DNA of 7,998 nucleotides, from positions 1-7,998 of the forward strand of contig NW_021828634.1 of NCBI RefSeq assembly GCF_006345805.1, written 5' to 3'. The translations under genes were made by a program, and so were the position numbers. Below are positions 1 to 7,998 of this stretch, piece by piece; the first letter of the stretch is position 1; every line of letters begins with the position of its first letter. The DNA is from Octopus sinensis (lineage: Eukaryota). The notes beneath the pieces are model-generated. The model was given only the letters and a program-made list of their open reading frames with translations. It was not told the DNA's origin and ran no database searches.

Positions 1-28
1 TATCTATCTATCTATCTATACATATCTG

Positions 29-97
<69 letters not shown>
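1..97. repeat. (TATC)n tetranucleotide microsatellite, running into degenerate (TA)/(TG)/(TATG) repeat to ~300
   Basis: Direct reading: near-perfect tatc tandem with one interruption at ~20-30. Confidence 0.97.
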
Positions 98-560
98 GTG
101 TATGTGTGTACGTATGTATATGTATGCATGTTTGTATGTTTGTATATCTATATCTATATGTGTGTGTGTATACACATATGTATGTATATATAAATATGTA
201 TGTATATAAAAATATGTATGCATATATGTATGTATATATATATATATATATATATGTGTATGCATATGTTTGTGTGTGAGTGTGTATGTGTGTTTGTTTT
301 TATGTGAAGCGGTTTATATTAATTTAAAGGATTACTCAACACATTTTCGTAGAGCACATCTTGTATTAATTTTTACGTGGAAAATTTTGATAGTGACCTC
401 GAAGTTTTGGCTTAGTAGCCTTCATCGGTTTGGTGAAAATTATCAAGTTAAAACATCGAAATCTCTATCGCCTTTCCTATGTGATAATTATTAAACACAT
501 GCCTTCATATACAGACACATACATACATACATGCATATATATATAAATATATATATACAT

Positions 561-700
561 ATCAGCCGAAATTGCGAGGATGATCCGGTTCTTGACTGAA
601 GATTGAAGGCTGCGAATGTCCCGTCCGTGTTTTTTGTATCATCTTCTAAATGTTTTACGCTCTTGTCCCAGTTTGTATTTTTCTACATATAATATATATA
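561..700 (+). repeat. Left terminal direct repeat of element A
   Basis: atcagccgaaattgcgagg...ctacatataatatatata matches 1401-1527 except for 2 substitutions and a 13-nt segment (611-623) missing from the right copy. Confidence 0.97.
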
Positions 701-786
701 GCAATGCCCGTACACTTTTTGGTCTTGTATGTAAGTACATATTTCTTTAAATTTGGTACGACTCTATAACACTGTCTCTCTCTCCT

Positions 787-928
787 ACATTTCTCTGCCT
801 TTCACACTTTGCACTCTACTTTGACCTGTCTCTCTCTCTCTCTCTTCCCCTCCTCCTTTTCTTGCCTCTGATTCTTTGGTCTCCTCTTCTCCCACTCTCT
901 CACATTTCTCTGTCTTTCTCACTTTGCA
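787..928 (+). repeat. Internal duplication in the element A polypyrimidine body (787-813 vs 902-928)
   Basis: acatttctctgcctttcacactttgca vs acatttctctgtctttctcactttgca, 25/27 identical, 115 bp offset. Confidence 0.85.
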
Positions 929-1400
929 TCTCACTGATTCTGTCGCCAAGCCAATCCTTGGCACGCTCTCTTTCTTCTCCCCTCTTTAATTCCTTCTTTC
1001 TCTCTCTTCTCTCCCCTTTGGTGCCTTTGTCCCTCTCTTTCTCTCTCTCTTTGATTCCTTTGCCCCCTTTAGTCTCTCTCTTCTCCTCTCACGTGACCGC
1101 TGGTCAACCAGCCTTTCAGCTTCTGACCACCGCCACGAGAACATCGTTTTCTTCGTCTGCCGAAAAAGGCATTTTTTTGCCAAATACGCCAGCTAAGCAA
1201 AGTTGAACTGTCTAAAGTCGTAAGACACCCGCTGTTTTTGTCCTGTTATTACTATTATTGTTTTTTGTATTTATATTCGTGTGGCATCGTCCGTTTTTCT
1301 GTCCTTGTTTCGTATACATTCGATCCTTTTTCCAAGAAATCTAATGCTCGTAGCTTAGTTTTTCTTTGGGGCTGGCTGGATCGGAGTATTCTCAAGATTA

Positions 1401-1510
1401 ATCAGCCGAAATTGCGAGGATGATCCGGTTCTTGACTGAAGATTGAAGGCTCCGTGTTTTTTGTATCGTCTTCTAAATGTTTTACGTTCTTGTCCCAGTT
1501 TGTATTTTTC

Positions 1511-1527
<17 letters not shown>
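1401..1527 (+). repeat. Right terminal direct repeat of element A
   Basis: Copy of 561-700 starting 840 bp downstream, followed by pure (TA)n. Confidence 0.97.
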
Positions 1528-1561
<34 letters not shown>

Positions 1562-1577
1562 CATCATCATCATCATC

Positions 1578-1617
<40 letters not shown>
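1520..1617. repeat. Compound microsatellite (TA)n-(TCA)6-(TAA)13
   Basis: Direct reading: TCA at 1561-1578, TAA at 1579-1617. Confidence 0.97.
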
Positions 1618-1619
<2 letters not shown>

Positions 1620-1799
1620 TGGGAGAATATCATTCCAAACTTACAGGGAAAATTCAATTTAGAAATACTTAAATCGCCTGTTGAACATCACTTCAGAAGA
1701 TGTTGAAACTGGATTTTAAAATGTTTCCATCCAATAAAACAATGGAAAAGTAAAAAGAAAAAACGTGTTTGTAAAAGTTATTTTTGTTTAATATCATTC

Positions 1800-1822
1800 A
1801 GTCTTTTAGTGGCCACCCTGTA
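1800..1822. mobile_element. Possible solitary Tc1/mariner-type terminal inverted repeat end
   Basis: ...gtggccaccctg|ta reads TA|CAGGGTGGCCAC on the minus strand, a typical Tc1/mariner terminus with TA target. The only partner is a 7-nt tacaggg at 1642-1648. Confidence 0.3.
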
Positions 1823-2057
1823 TATATACGCAGAGTGAGATAGTTGTAGACATACTATATATATACAAACATGCGCGCGCGCTCATACACACTTACACAC
1901 ACAAACACATACACACACGAACGCACGCGTACACACATACACATGCACGTGTATCCTGCAATCAATTGCGTATATTTCTAAAAAGCATTAATTTAAAATT
2001 TATCTAATGAACTGCATAAAAGATTTTAGAAAACCATATGAAGTGTTAAGAAAGCAT

Positions 2058-2308
2058 GCATATACATATATATATATGTATATATATATATATATGTATA
2101 TACATATATGTATATATTATATATGTATATATATATTATATCTATATATATATCTATATATACATATATATATATATATATATACACATATTATATATAC
2201 ATATATATTATATATAAAGTTAATCCAAACAAGAAAACAAAAAGACAACAACGCAAGGATGTGGAACAAATAAAGTATTATTGGACGCTCAGGAAAGAAG
2301 GGAAGAAG

Positions 2309-2363
<55 letters not shown>

Positions 2364-2539
2364 CATATATACATATTGTATAATAATATATATATGTTAT
2401 ATACATATATACATATATGTATATATATATGTAAATCTATATATATATATACATATATACATATATGTATTATATATGTAAATATATATATACATACATA
2501 TGTGTGTATATATATATATACATACATATATATATGTTG

Positions 2540-2574
<35 letters not shown>

Positions 2575-2575
2575 A
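2058..2575. repeat. Degenerate (TA)n/(TACA)/(TG)n microsatellite field, interrupted at 2216-2310
   Basis: Direct reading. Confidence 0.95.
2216..2310 (-). mobile_element. 95-bp purine-rich insert within (TA)n; probable truncated end of a microsatellite-targeting (Penelope-like) retroelement
   Basis: Complex sequence with sharp borders between two TA arrays. Recalled (unverified) as the terminus of an abundant octopus repeat. Strand is tentative. Confidence 0.45.
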
Positions 2576-2627
2576 GATAGACGCACACATTTACATGTGT
2601 ATGTGTATGCGTGCTGCGTGCGTGTGT

Positions 2628-2683
2628 AGGCAGTGCCCCAGCATGGCCGCTGTCTAATTACCGAAACAAGTAAAAGACAAAAA
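2628..2683 (+). mobile_element. Isolated SINE 3' tail, same family as 3623-3933
   Basis: aggcagtgccccagcatggcc...gaaacaagtaaaaga aligns with aggcggcgctccagcatggcc...gaaacaactaaaaga at 3874-3923. Confidence 0.85.
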
Positions 2684-2809
2684 TATATACCCGTTTAATA
2701 CGTATGTCTCTCTCTCTCTCCCTCTCTCATATATATATATATGAACACGTATATACGTACAATATGTGTTTCCACACAACGTTCCCTACAAATGCTCAAT
2801 ATGAAATTG

Positions 2810-2960
2810 TGCGTTCATAATATCCGATTATCAAAACAACATTCATAATTACGCCATTATAATTAGGGATTAAATAGAAAATATGCAAATTTCTATTGAA
2901 TAAACGGCCCATCAAGCGTCGCTTCTCTAATTACTTAATGACGTCATGAATATTAATGAG
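2810..2960. promoter_or_regulatory. Candidate enhancer: POU/homeodomain/CRE motif cluster
   Basis: ATGCAAAT 2883-2890; ATGACGTCAT 2938-2947; TAATTA at 2846, 2860 and 2928; GGATTA 2867-2872; ATGAATATTAATGAG 2946-2960. Motif evidence only. Confidence 0.35.
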
Positions 2961-3026
2961 GCTACTTAACTGAAGCCTCTTACACCTGTATATTTTGTAA
3001 ATTTTTGGTAATGTTGCTGGTGATGG

Positions 3027-3051
3027 TGTGGTGTGGTGGTGGTGGTGGTGG
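3027..3051. repeat. (GGT)n microsatellite
   Basis: Direct reading. Confidence 0.9.
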
Positions 3052-3094
3052 CGGCCTCGTTTCCTATCGTTGTTCATATTGCTTAAGTTTAGAT

Positions 3095-3483
3095 AATCCT
3101 TGTCTGATCAGACATATGATCAAAGACAACACCCCACCCATGACCATCCAGATAATTTTCTATATGCTTGAAACCCAAGTCACTGTTATTCAATACGTCG
3201 CAGTCTGAGAAAGCAGAGTAGAAGTTGAAGAATTTTTAACTGCTATTTCTTGCATGTCCATAACCTATGAGCACACTAACGCGATTCCGTCGGTGTTGTT
3301 GCTGTTGATGTAGTCTAGCCTTAGCCTATCTTTAGCTTAATCGAGTAGTCCTGTAATAAAAGTCTTTCCATCAATGACAATGCCATCGGTTATTTTTCTC
3401 AATTTAATTATGGAATGACTCCTTCGGCTTTAGAGTTCCTAGTGTGGAATTTTGGGATTATTTGGCCGCTATTTCTAAGTGGC
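3095..3483 (+). repeat. Two old, degenerate copies (~230 bp apart) of a dispersed repeat
   Basis: atgaccatcc (3140) vs atgacaatgcc (3374), and tttaactgctatttct (~3235-3250) vs tttggccgctatttct (3461-3476), in the same order and spacing. Confidence 0.4.
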
Positions 3484-3497
3484 TGCATAAACTAGTA

Positions 3498-3551
<54 letters not shown>

Positions 3552-3560
3552 CAGCAGCAG
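3498..3560. repeat. (TAG)18(CAG)3 compound microsatellite
   Basis: Direct reading. Confidence 0.97.
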
Positions 3561-3622
3561 CGGTTTTAATCTTTGTTCGATCATAATTTCGATAATTGGC
3601 CTCGTGTTGATTTTCTGTAGAA

Positions 3623-3933
3623 TGCCTTCCAGCCACATGGTTCTGGGTTCAGTCCCACTGCGTGACACCTTAGGCAAGTGTCTTCTTCTATAGCCTTGGG
3701 CCGACCAAAGCCTTGCGAGTAGATTTGGTAGACGGAAACTGAAAGAAGCTCGTCGTATATACATATATGTGTGTCAGTATTTGTTCCCCCATCACCGCCT
3801 GACAACCATTATTGGTGTATTTGCGTCCCCGTAACAAAGTCATGGGGTCGATTTCTTCAGCTAAAACCCTTCAAGGCGGCGCTCCAGCATGGCCTTGGTA
3901 AAATGGCTGAAACAACTAAAAGAATAAAAGAAT
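3623..3933 (+). mobile_element. tRNA-derived SINE (CORE-like central domain), 5'-truncated
   Basis: Pol III B-box-like gggttcagtccc at 3645-3656, then CORE-like accttaggcaagtgtctt, an internal TA/TG spacer and a tandem (taaaagaa)2 tail at 3917-3932. The tail is shared with 2628-2683. No A box seen. Resembles a common octopus SINE (from memory). Confidence 0.85.
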
Positions 3934-4134
3934 TGGTTATGTGATGCTGCCAGTACATTCTAAGAATCCTACACAAGCATCTTTGGTGGAACACATGTAG
4001 CATCTTGTTGGTTTTCATGGAACTCTTTCCATGTCTCACTGGTATAGCAGACTATTACAGAGACGGATCTTCGTGCGTAGGCCGATGATTTTGGAAATAA
4101 AGTCAATTCGTGTTCACTGGAATACAGCCGCGAC
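3931..4134 (-). pseudogene. Decayed non-LTR retrotransposon (RTE-like LINE) reverse transcriptase C-terminal fragment
   Basis: Minus-strand translation across frameshifts: VAAVFQ*..SKIIGLRTKIRLCNSLLY / YTSETW / KMLHVFHQRCLCRILRMYWQHHITN. This matches the RTE-type pattern TKxRLY..LLYGSETW..LxxFHxRCLRRILxIxWxDxITN. It contains a stop and at least two frameshifts. Confidence 0.85.
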
Positions 4135-4195
4135 ATCACAAGCTCAATTTTAGTCACCAGCTCTCACTATAGTCCTTGATACCGATGATGCGACA

Positions 4196-4413
4196 CAGAA
4201 ACGTTAGCACACCGGGCGAAATGCTTAACGGTATTTTGTCTGCCGCTACGTTCTGAGTTCAAATTCCGCCGAGGTCGACTTTGCCTTTCATACTTTCGGG
4301 GTCGATTAAATATGTACCAGTTACGCCCTGGGGTCGATATAATCGACTTTATACCTATGTCTGTCCTTGTTTGTCCACTCTATGTTTAGCCCCTTGTGGG
4401 CAATAAAGAAATA
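4196..4413 (+). mobile_element. Second tRNA-derived SINE family, nearly full length
   Basis: B box gagttcaaattcc at 4255-4267. Central ggtcgactttgcctttcatactttcggggtcgat...gtaccag block resembles conserved metazoan SINE domains. Hairpin gtcgatataatcgac at 4333-4347. The 3' aataaagaaat is repeated at 4402-4412 and 4419-4429. Confidence 0.88.
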
Positions 4414-4461
4414 TATTTAATAAAGAAATCACAGATAAAGATTTTATGACCCAGAGAATTG

Positions 4462-4582
4462 AAAAAAAAAAACTGGAAGAAAACGAAATTAATTTCATAC
4501 CTGTGGGATTTGAACCCTTGGCATGAAGATTGGCAACAAAACATCAGCTGATAATCTGTCCAACGCCGTAAGTTGTCCACCG
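4462..4582 (-). other. Degenerate tRNA-like/Pol III unit (SINE head or tRNA pseudogene)
   Basis: Minus-strand B box gggttcaaatccc (4517-4505) with a T11 run ~33 nt downstream (4472-4462). No full cloverleaf or clear A box. Confidence 0.3.
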
Positions 4583-4695
4583 TTTCTGCGCATTCGAACA
4601 GTTCACGCAAGTGTGTACAGGAAAAAAAATATAGTTATAATTTAGTACAATTTGATGACGGTTTCCATGTGTATTGGTGTGCTTAGGGAAAAGAC

Positions 4696-4880
4696 TGTGT
4701 GTGAGTGAGTGTGTTTGTGTGTATGTATGTACGCTTGTGTGTATGTGTGTGTGTGTGTGTGTGTGTCTATTGCACTCATTGATTGATTGATTGTGTAGGT
4801 GTGTGTTAGCGAGAATTTTGTACTGGTCTTTCGTATTAAAATTATATATGTATATATGTATTTACATACACACACACACA

Positions 4881-4912
<32 letters not shown>

Positions 4913-4980
4913 TACACACACGCATATATATATATATAATGTACATATATATGTAAGAATATGTGAATATAATGTCTATG

Positions 4981-5012
<32 letters not shown>

Positions 5013-5152
5013 AGTATGTGTGTGTATGTACATATGTACTTGTGTGCGTATACGAAGAGACGCCCACATATAAAAACACATGCATATAGTCATACTTGCA
5101 TTGATTTATATGTAAATCTGTGTGTGTGTGTGTGCATGTATGTATATATATA
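4696..5152. repeat. Mixed (TG)n/(CA)n/(TA)n microsatellite field
   Basis: Direct reading; includes (TG)n at ~4744-4765, (CA)n at ~4868-4920 and (TA)n at ~4986-5012. Confidence 0.93.
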
Positions 5153-5260
5153 AAATTAAAGTATTTCTGAATACAAAAATGACTAAATTTGTTTAGCAAA
5201 TGTTTAAAATTTAATATATTCTCCGTCTCACTCCCTTCTCACTCTCACTCTCTCCTCAAG

Positions 5261-5261
<1 letters not shown>

Positions 5262-5319
<58 letters not shown>

Positions 5320-5508
5320 TTGTATATGTATATGTATATGTATATATATGTATATATATATATATATTATATATACGTATGTATGTATATATATATACAT
5401 GTATGTATATACTGTAAGACACACACATATACATATATACAGGCATACATGCACACACTGACAAGCACGCATACACATACACACACACACACAGCTATGT
5501 ATGTGTGT
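5262..5508. repeat. (TA)n, (TATATG)n and (CA)n microsatellite field
   Basis: Direct reading. Confidence 0.95.
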
Positions 5509-5729
5509 AAAAGGAACGAATTTTTTTGCGTCTATTTCCATATTTGCTCACACCTTGTACATTCACAGATTAAATTTTACCTAAAGAGTAAAAAAAATAT
5601 ACATATATAATACAATAAATAAATAGAAGCTATATATGGTTTTCAAATATTAAATATGATTGCTATGGTAAAAAAAAATCTATGTAGCTATATACTTGAT
5701 ACGAATATAATCAAATACACATAAGCATA

Positions 5730-6079
5730 AACATATACATGTACAGATACACTTATATACATACATACACATATATACAAACATATATATATATATATAT
5801 AAATATTATATATATATATATATATGATTTTATATATTATACACATATGCACATATATTCATATAGAAAGATATAGGTGTTATAATTAAGTCAATAAAAG
5901 AATACGAATAGTTCTTCTCATTCAATCTATAAATATGTATTTATATATATTTACGTACATACATGTATATGTGTGCGTGTGTGTGTGCATACATACACAT
6001 GTACGCACACACGCACTCATACATATACATATATATATATATATGTATGTATATATATATGTATATGTATATATATATG

Positions 6080-6113
<34 letters not shown>

Positions 6114-6135
6114 AAATATATATATATATGTATAA
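5730..6135. repeat. Degenerate (TA)n/(CA)n low-complexity field, with a short unique spacer at ~5865-5930
   Basis: Direct reading. Confidence 0.9.
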
Positions 6136-6138
6136 TTA

Positions 6139-6333
6139 TAATGCTTACAGCTTAGTTTTTTTTCTTGGGGCTGGCCGAGTTGGAGCAATATCAGAATTGA
6201 ACAGCCGAAATTTGCTTATGATGATTCGGTGTCTGACGAAGAATTGAAGGCTTCGAATGATTTGTCTGGTTCCGTGTTCGTCCCTTCCTGTATTTCACGT
6301 TCATTATATATAAAAACATTCATTCTTATATAT
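6139..6333 (+). repeat. Left terminal direct repeat of element B (195 nt)
   Basis: Matches 6845-7041 with 7 small indels and no substitutions. Confidence 0.97.
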
Positions 6334-6844
6334 TGCGGCGTTACGTGCACCCCCCCGTTGTTTGTCCAATTTGAAACCCTGCACGACTTCTATACACACT
6401 GTCTTTCCTACCCGCCATTGCTTCTCACCAAACTTTTGGCGCCCTCCGATTCTTCCCCTCTCTTCCTCCCATCCTTCTCCCTCTTCCTCCCATCCTCCTT
6501 AATCCCTTCTTTCTCTTTTCTCTTGGTCACTGATTCTGTCCCCTGCCTTCCACCCTTTGATTCCCTCTCTCTCTGTCTCTCTTTCTCTCTCTCTCCTGCA
6601 ACCTGCTGCTTCTTAAACCATTCTGTTGGCCATCGTATCTCGACCAACATGTGTCCCCGCTAACCGAAACGGTATTATTTCTACGCCAGCTATGTTGTTG
6701 TTGTTTTTGTCTCATTTGGTCTAAAGTCGTATGACACCACCGTTATATATATTTTGTTTATTCATTACTGTTTTCAATTACGTTTTCGTCTCTTGTATTT
6801 ACATCCGTCTTGTGCGTTCACATTCCTGTCTTCTACAAGAAATC

Positions 6845-7041
6845 TAATGCTTACGCTTAGTTTTTTTTTTCTTGGGGCTGGCCGAGTTGGAGCAAATATC
6901 AGAATTGAACAGCCGAAATTTGCTATGATGATTCGGTGTCTGACTGAAGATTGAAGGCTTCGAATGATTTGTCTGTGTTCCGTGTTCGTCCCTTCCTGTA
7001 TTTCACGTTCATTATATATAAAAACATTCATTCTTATATAT
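6845..7041 (+). repeat. Right terminal direct repeat of element B (197 nt)
   Basis: Copy of 6139-6333, starting 706 bp downstream. Confidence 0.97.
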
Positions 7042-7044
7042 ATG

Positions 7045-7076
<32 letters not shown>

Positions 7077-7087
7077 ATTATATATAT

Positions 7088-7166
<79 letters not shown>

Positions 7167-7176
7167 ATATATATTA

Positions 7177-7209
<33 letters not shown>

Positions 7210-7215
7210 ATATAA
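7036..7215. repeat. (TA)n then (TG)n microsatellite
   Basis: Direct reading. Confidence 0.96.
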
Positions 7216-7766
7216 ATATTCGTACTGATGTACCTACTTACAACCTACATACCGACATAGGTGCGTTAATTAATTCTATACAAGAATATGCATTGTTCTA
7301 TTTTACGCTCGTATAGTATACATGTAGATATGTTTTTATATATTTTTGTATGTATGTAAAAAGAAAAAAGAGAGAGAGAGAAAGGGCGACAGAGAAAGTG
7401 AGAGAAATACATACATATATTCATATCTGTGATATATAGGATATATATATGTGTGATATATATAACATATAATATTGGTATGATAAATAATTTATATATA
7501 CACATTTTAAATTTATATATGCATATTTTAAATTATATATAATTTATATATATACATATTTTATATGATATATAAGATATATAAGTATACATATATATGA
7601 TAATATATACATGTGAGTGTATATGTACAGGGGTTTCTGTGCATCTATATACGCACACGCATATCTACACACATGCATAAATACATATATTTGAATAATA
7701 AGGTATCGGCACAATATCTCGATATGCCGTTGCTCATAGTAAAAACATATGCTGTATTAGTCTTAT

Positions 7767-7850
7767 TTATGAAGGAGAGTTCAGATGCAAAAATTTCATT
7801 TACCTGAGAAAATTTTTGCACTAAGAAACTTAAAAAAATATCCTTCATGA
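7767..7850. other. Nested imperfect inverted repeat (long hairpin)
   Basis: tgcaaaaattt (7786-7796) pairs perfectly with aaatttttgca (7810-7820); atgaagga (7769-7776) pairs with tccttcat (7841-7848). Confidence 0.75.
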
Positions 7851-7900
7851 TTTCCCTTAAATTTTTTTAAATCGTCAAGCAAATGAATTAACTACATGTA

Positions 7901-7909
7901 TATATGTGA

Positions 7910-7941
<32 letters not shown>

Positions 7942-7943
7942 GT
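7901..7943. repeat. (TG)n microsatellite
   Basis: Direct reading. Confidence 0.95.
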
Positions 7944-7998
7944 AGCAGAATGAAAGAATCTGATACGGCATTATATATTTGAAAGCATGATCAGAAAT

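Larger units (their letters stand above)
561..1527 (+). mobile_element. Element A: non-coding partial-tandem (pseudo-LTR-like) element in (TA)n; probable non-autonomous Penelope-like retroelement
   Basis: Direct repeats at 561-700 and 1401-1527 bracket a pyrimidine-rich body (701-1400). TA-rich repeat lies on both sides, and the element has colinear homology to 6139-7041. Strand is inferred only from the left repeat being truncated. The PLE class is inferred from architecture. Confidence 0.7.
6139..7041 (+). mobile_element. Element B: diverged relative of element A with the same partial-tandem layout in (TA)n
   Basis: Direct repeats at 6139-6333 and 6845-7041 bracket a pyrimidine-rich body (6334-6844). 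TA arrays flank both sides, and ordered motifs are shared with element A. Confidence 0.72.

Noticed and set aside
563-620. HDV-like ribozyme words (minus-strand tcctcgc; plus-strand gcgaat)
   Set aside because: The words lie on opposite strands, no P1/P2/P3 pairing could be built, and tcctcgc is not conserved in B.
862-1206. Leu/Ser-rich ORF in element A, and the similar ORF 6229-6663 in B
   Set aside because: They arise from polypyrimidine tracts, use non-ATG starts, and show no amino-acid-level conservation between A and B.
1185-1229. Twister-like words (ta-cgcca-gc ... gtctaaagtc)
   Set aside because: No complementary P2 or pseudoknot partner strands at suitable positions.
1642-1822. MITE bounded by tacaggg/ccctgta
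   Set aside because: The inverted match is only 7 nt and does not extend; it could be chance.
1862-1953. Alternating purine-pyrimidine tract with (GC)n, Z-DNA potential
   Set aside because: Indistinguishable from the ubiquitous microsatellite background; no specific function supportable.
1355-6155. Numerous ORFs rich in YI/CV/HT/poly-I/poly-L (e.g. 2117-2590, 4642-5199)
   Set aside because: They are translations of stop-free di- and trinucleotide microsatellites with no protein-like content.
6928-6968. SECIS-like hairpin (ATGA-stem-TGAT), tempting because some Naiad PLEs encode selenoproteins
   Set aside because: The stem is one nucleotide out of register with the GA quartet, the apical AA is misplaced, element A lacks the 3' GA, and there is no upstream ORF.
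1-7998. CRISPR array, intact tRNA/rRNA or prokaryotic operon
   Set aside because: No regularly spaced repeats with unique spacers and no full cloverleaf; composition is that of repeat-rich animal DNA.

Overview
AT-rich, non-coding eukaryotic DNA dominated by (TA)n/(CA)n/(TATC)n microsatellites and transposon relics. The repeat content resembles Octopus/coleoid cephalopod genomes; this is recognition from memory, not a database result. No intact protein-coding gene is supported: nearly all listed ORFs are microsatellite translations. The main signal is two diverged members of one non-coding element family, A (561-1527) and B (6139-7041). Each is a ~700-830 bp monomer preceded by a left-truncated, near-identical copy of its own right end. 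Each sits in (TA)n, and the two share an ordered series of short conserved motifs and hairpins. This partial-tandem layout suggests non-autonomous Penelope-like/retrozyme-like retroelements with a structured RNA, but no canonical hammerhead is present. Also present: two tRNA-derived SINEs plus a SINE tail, a decayed RTE-like LINE RT fragment between the SINEs, a POU/homeodomain/CRE motif cluster (candidate enhancer) and an ~84-nt nested inverted repeat.
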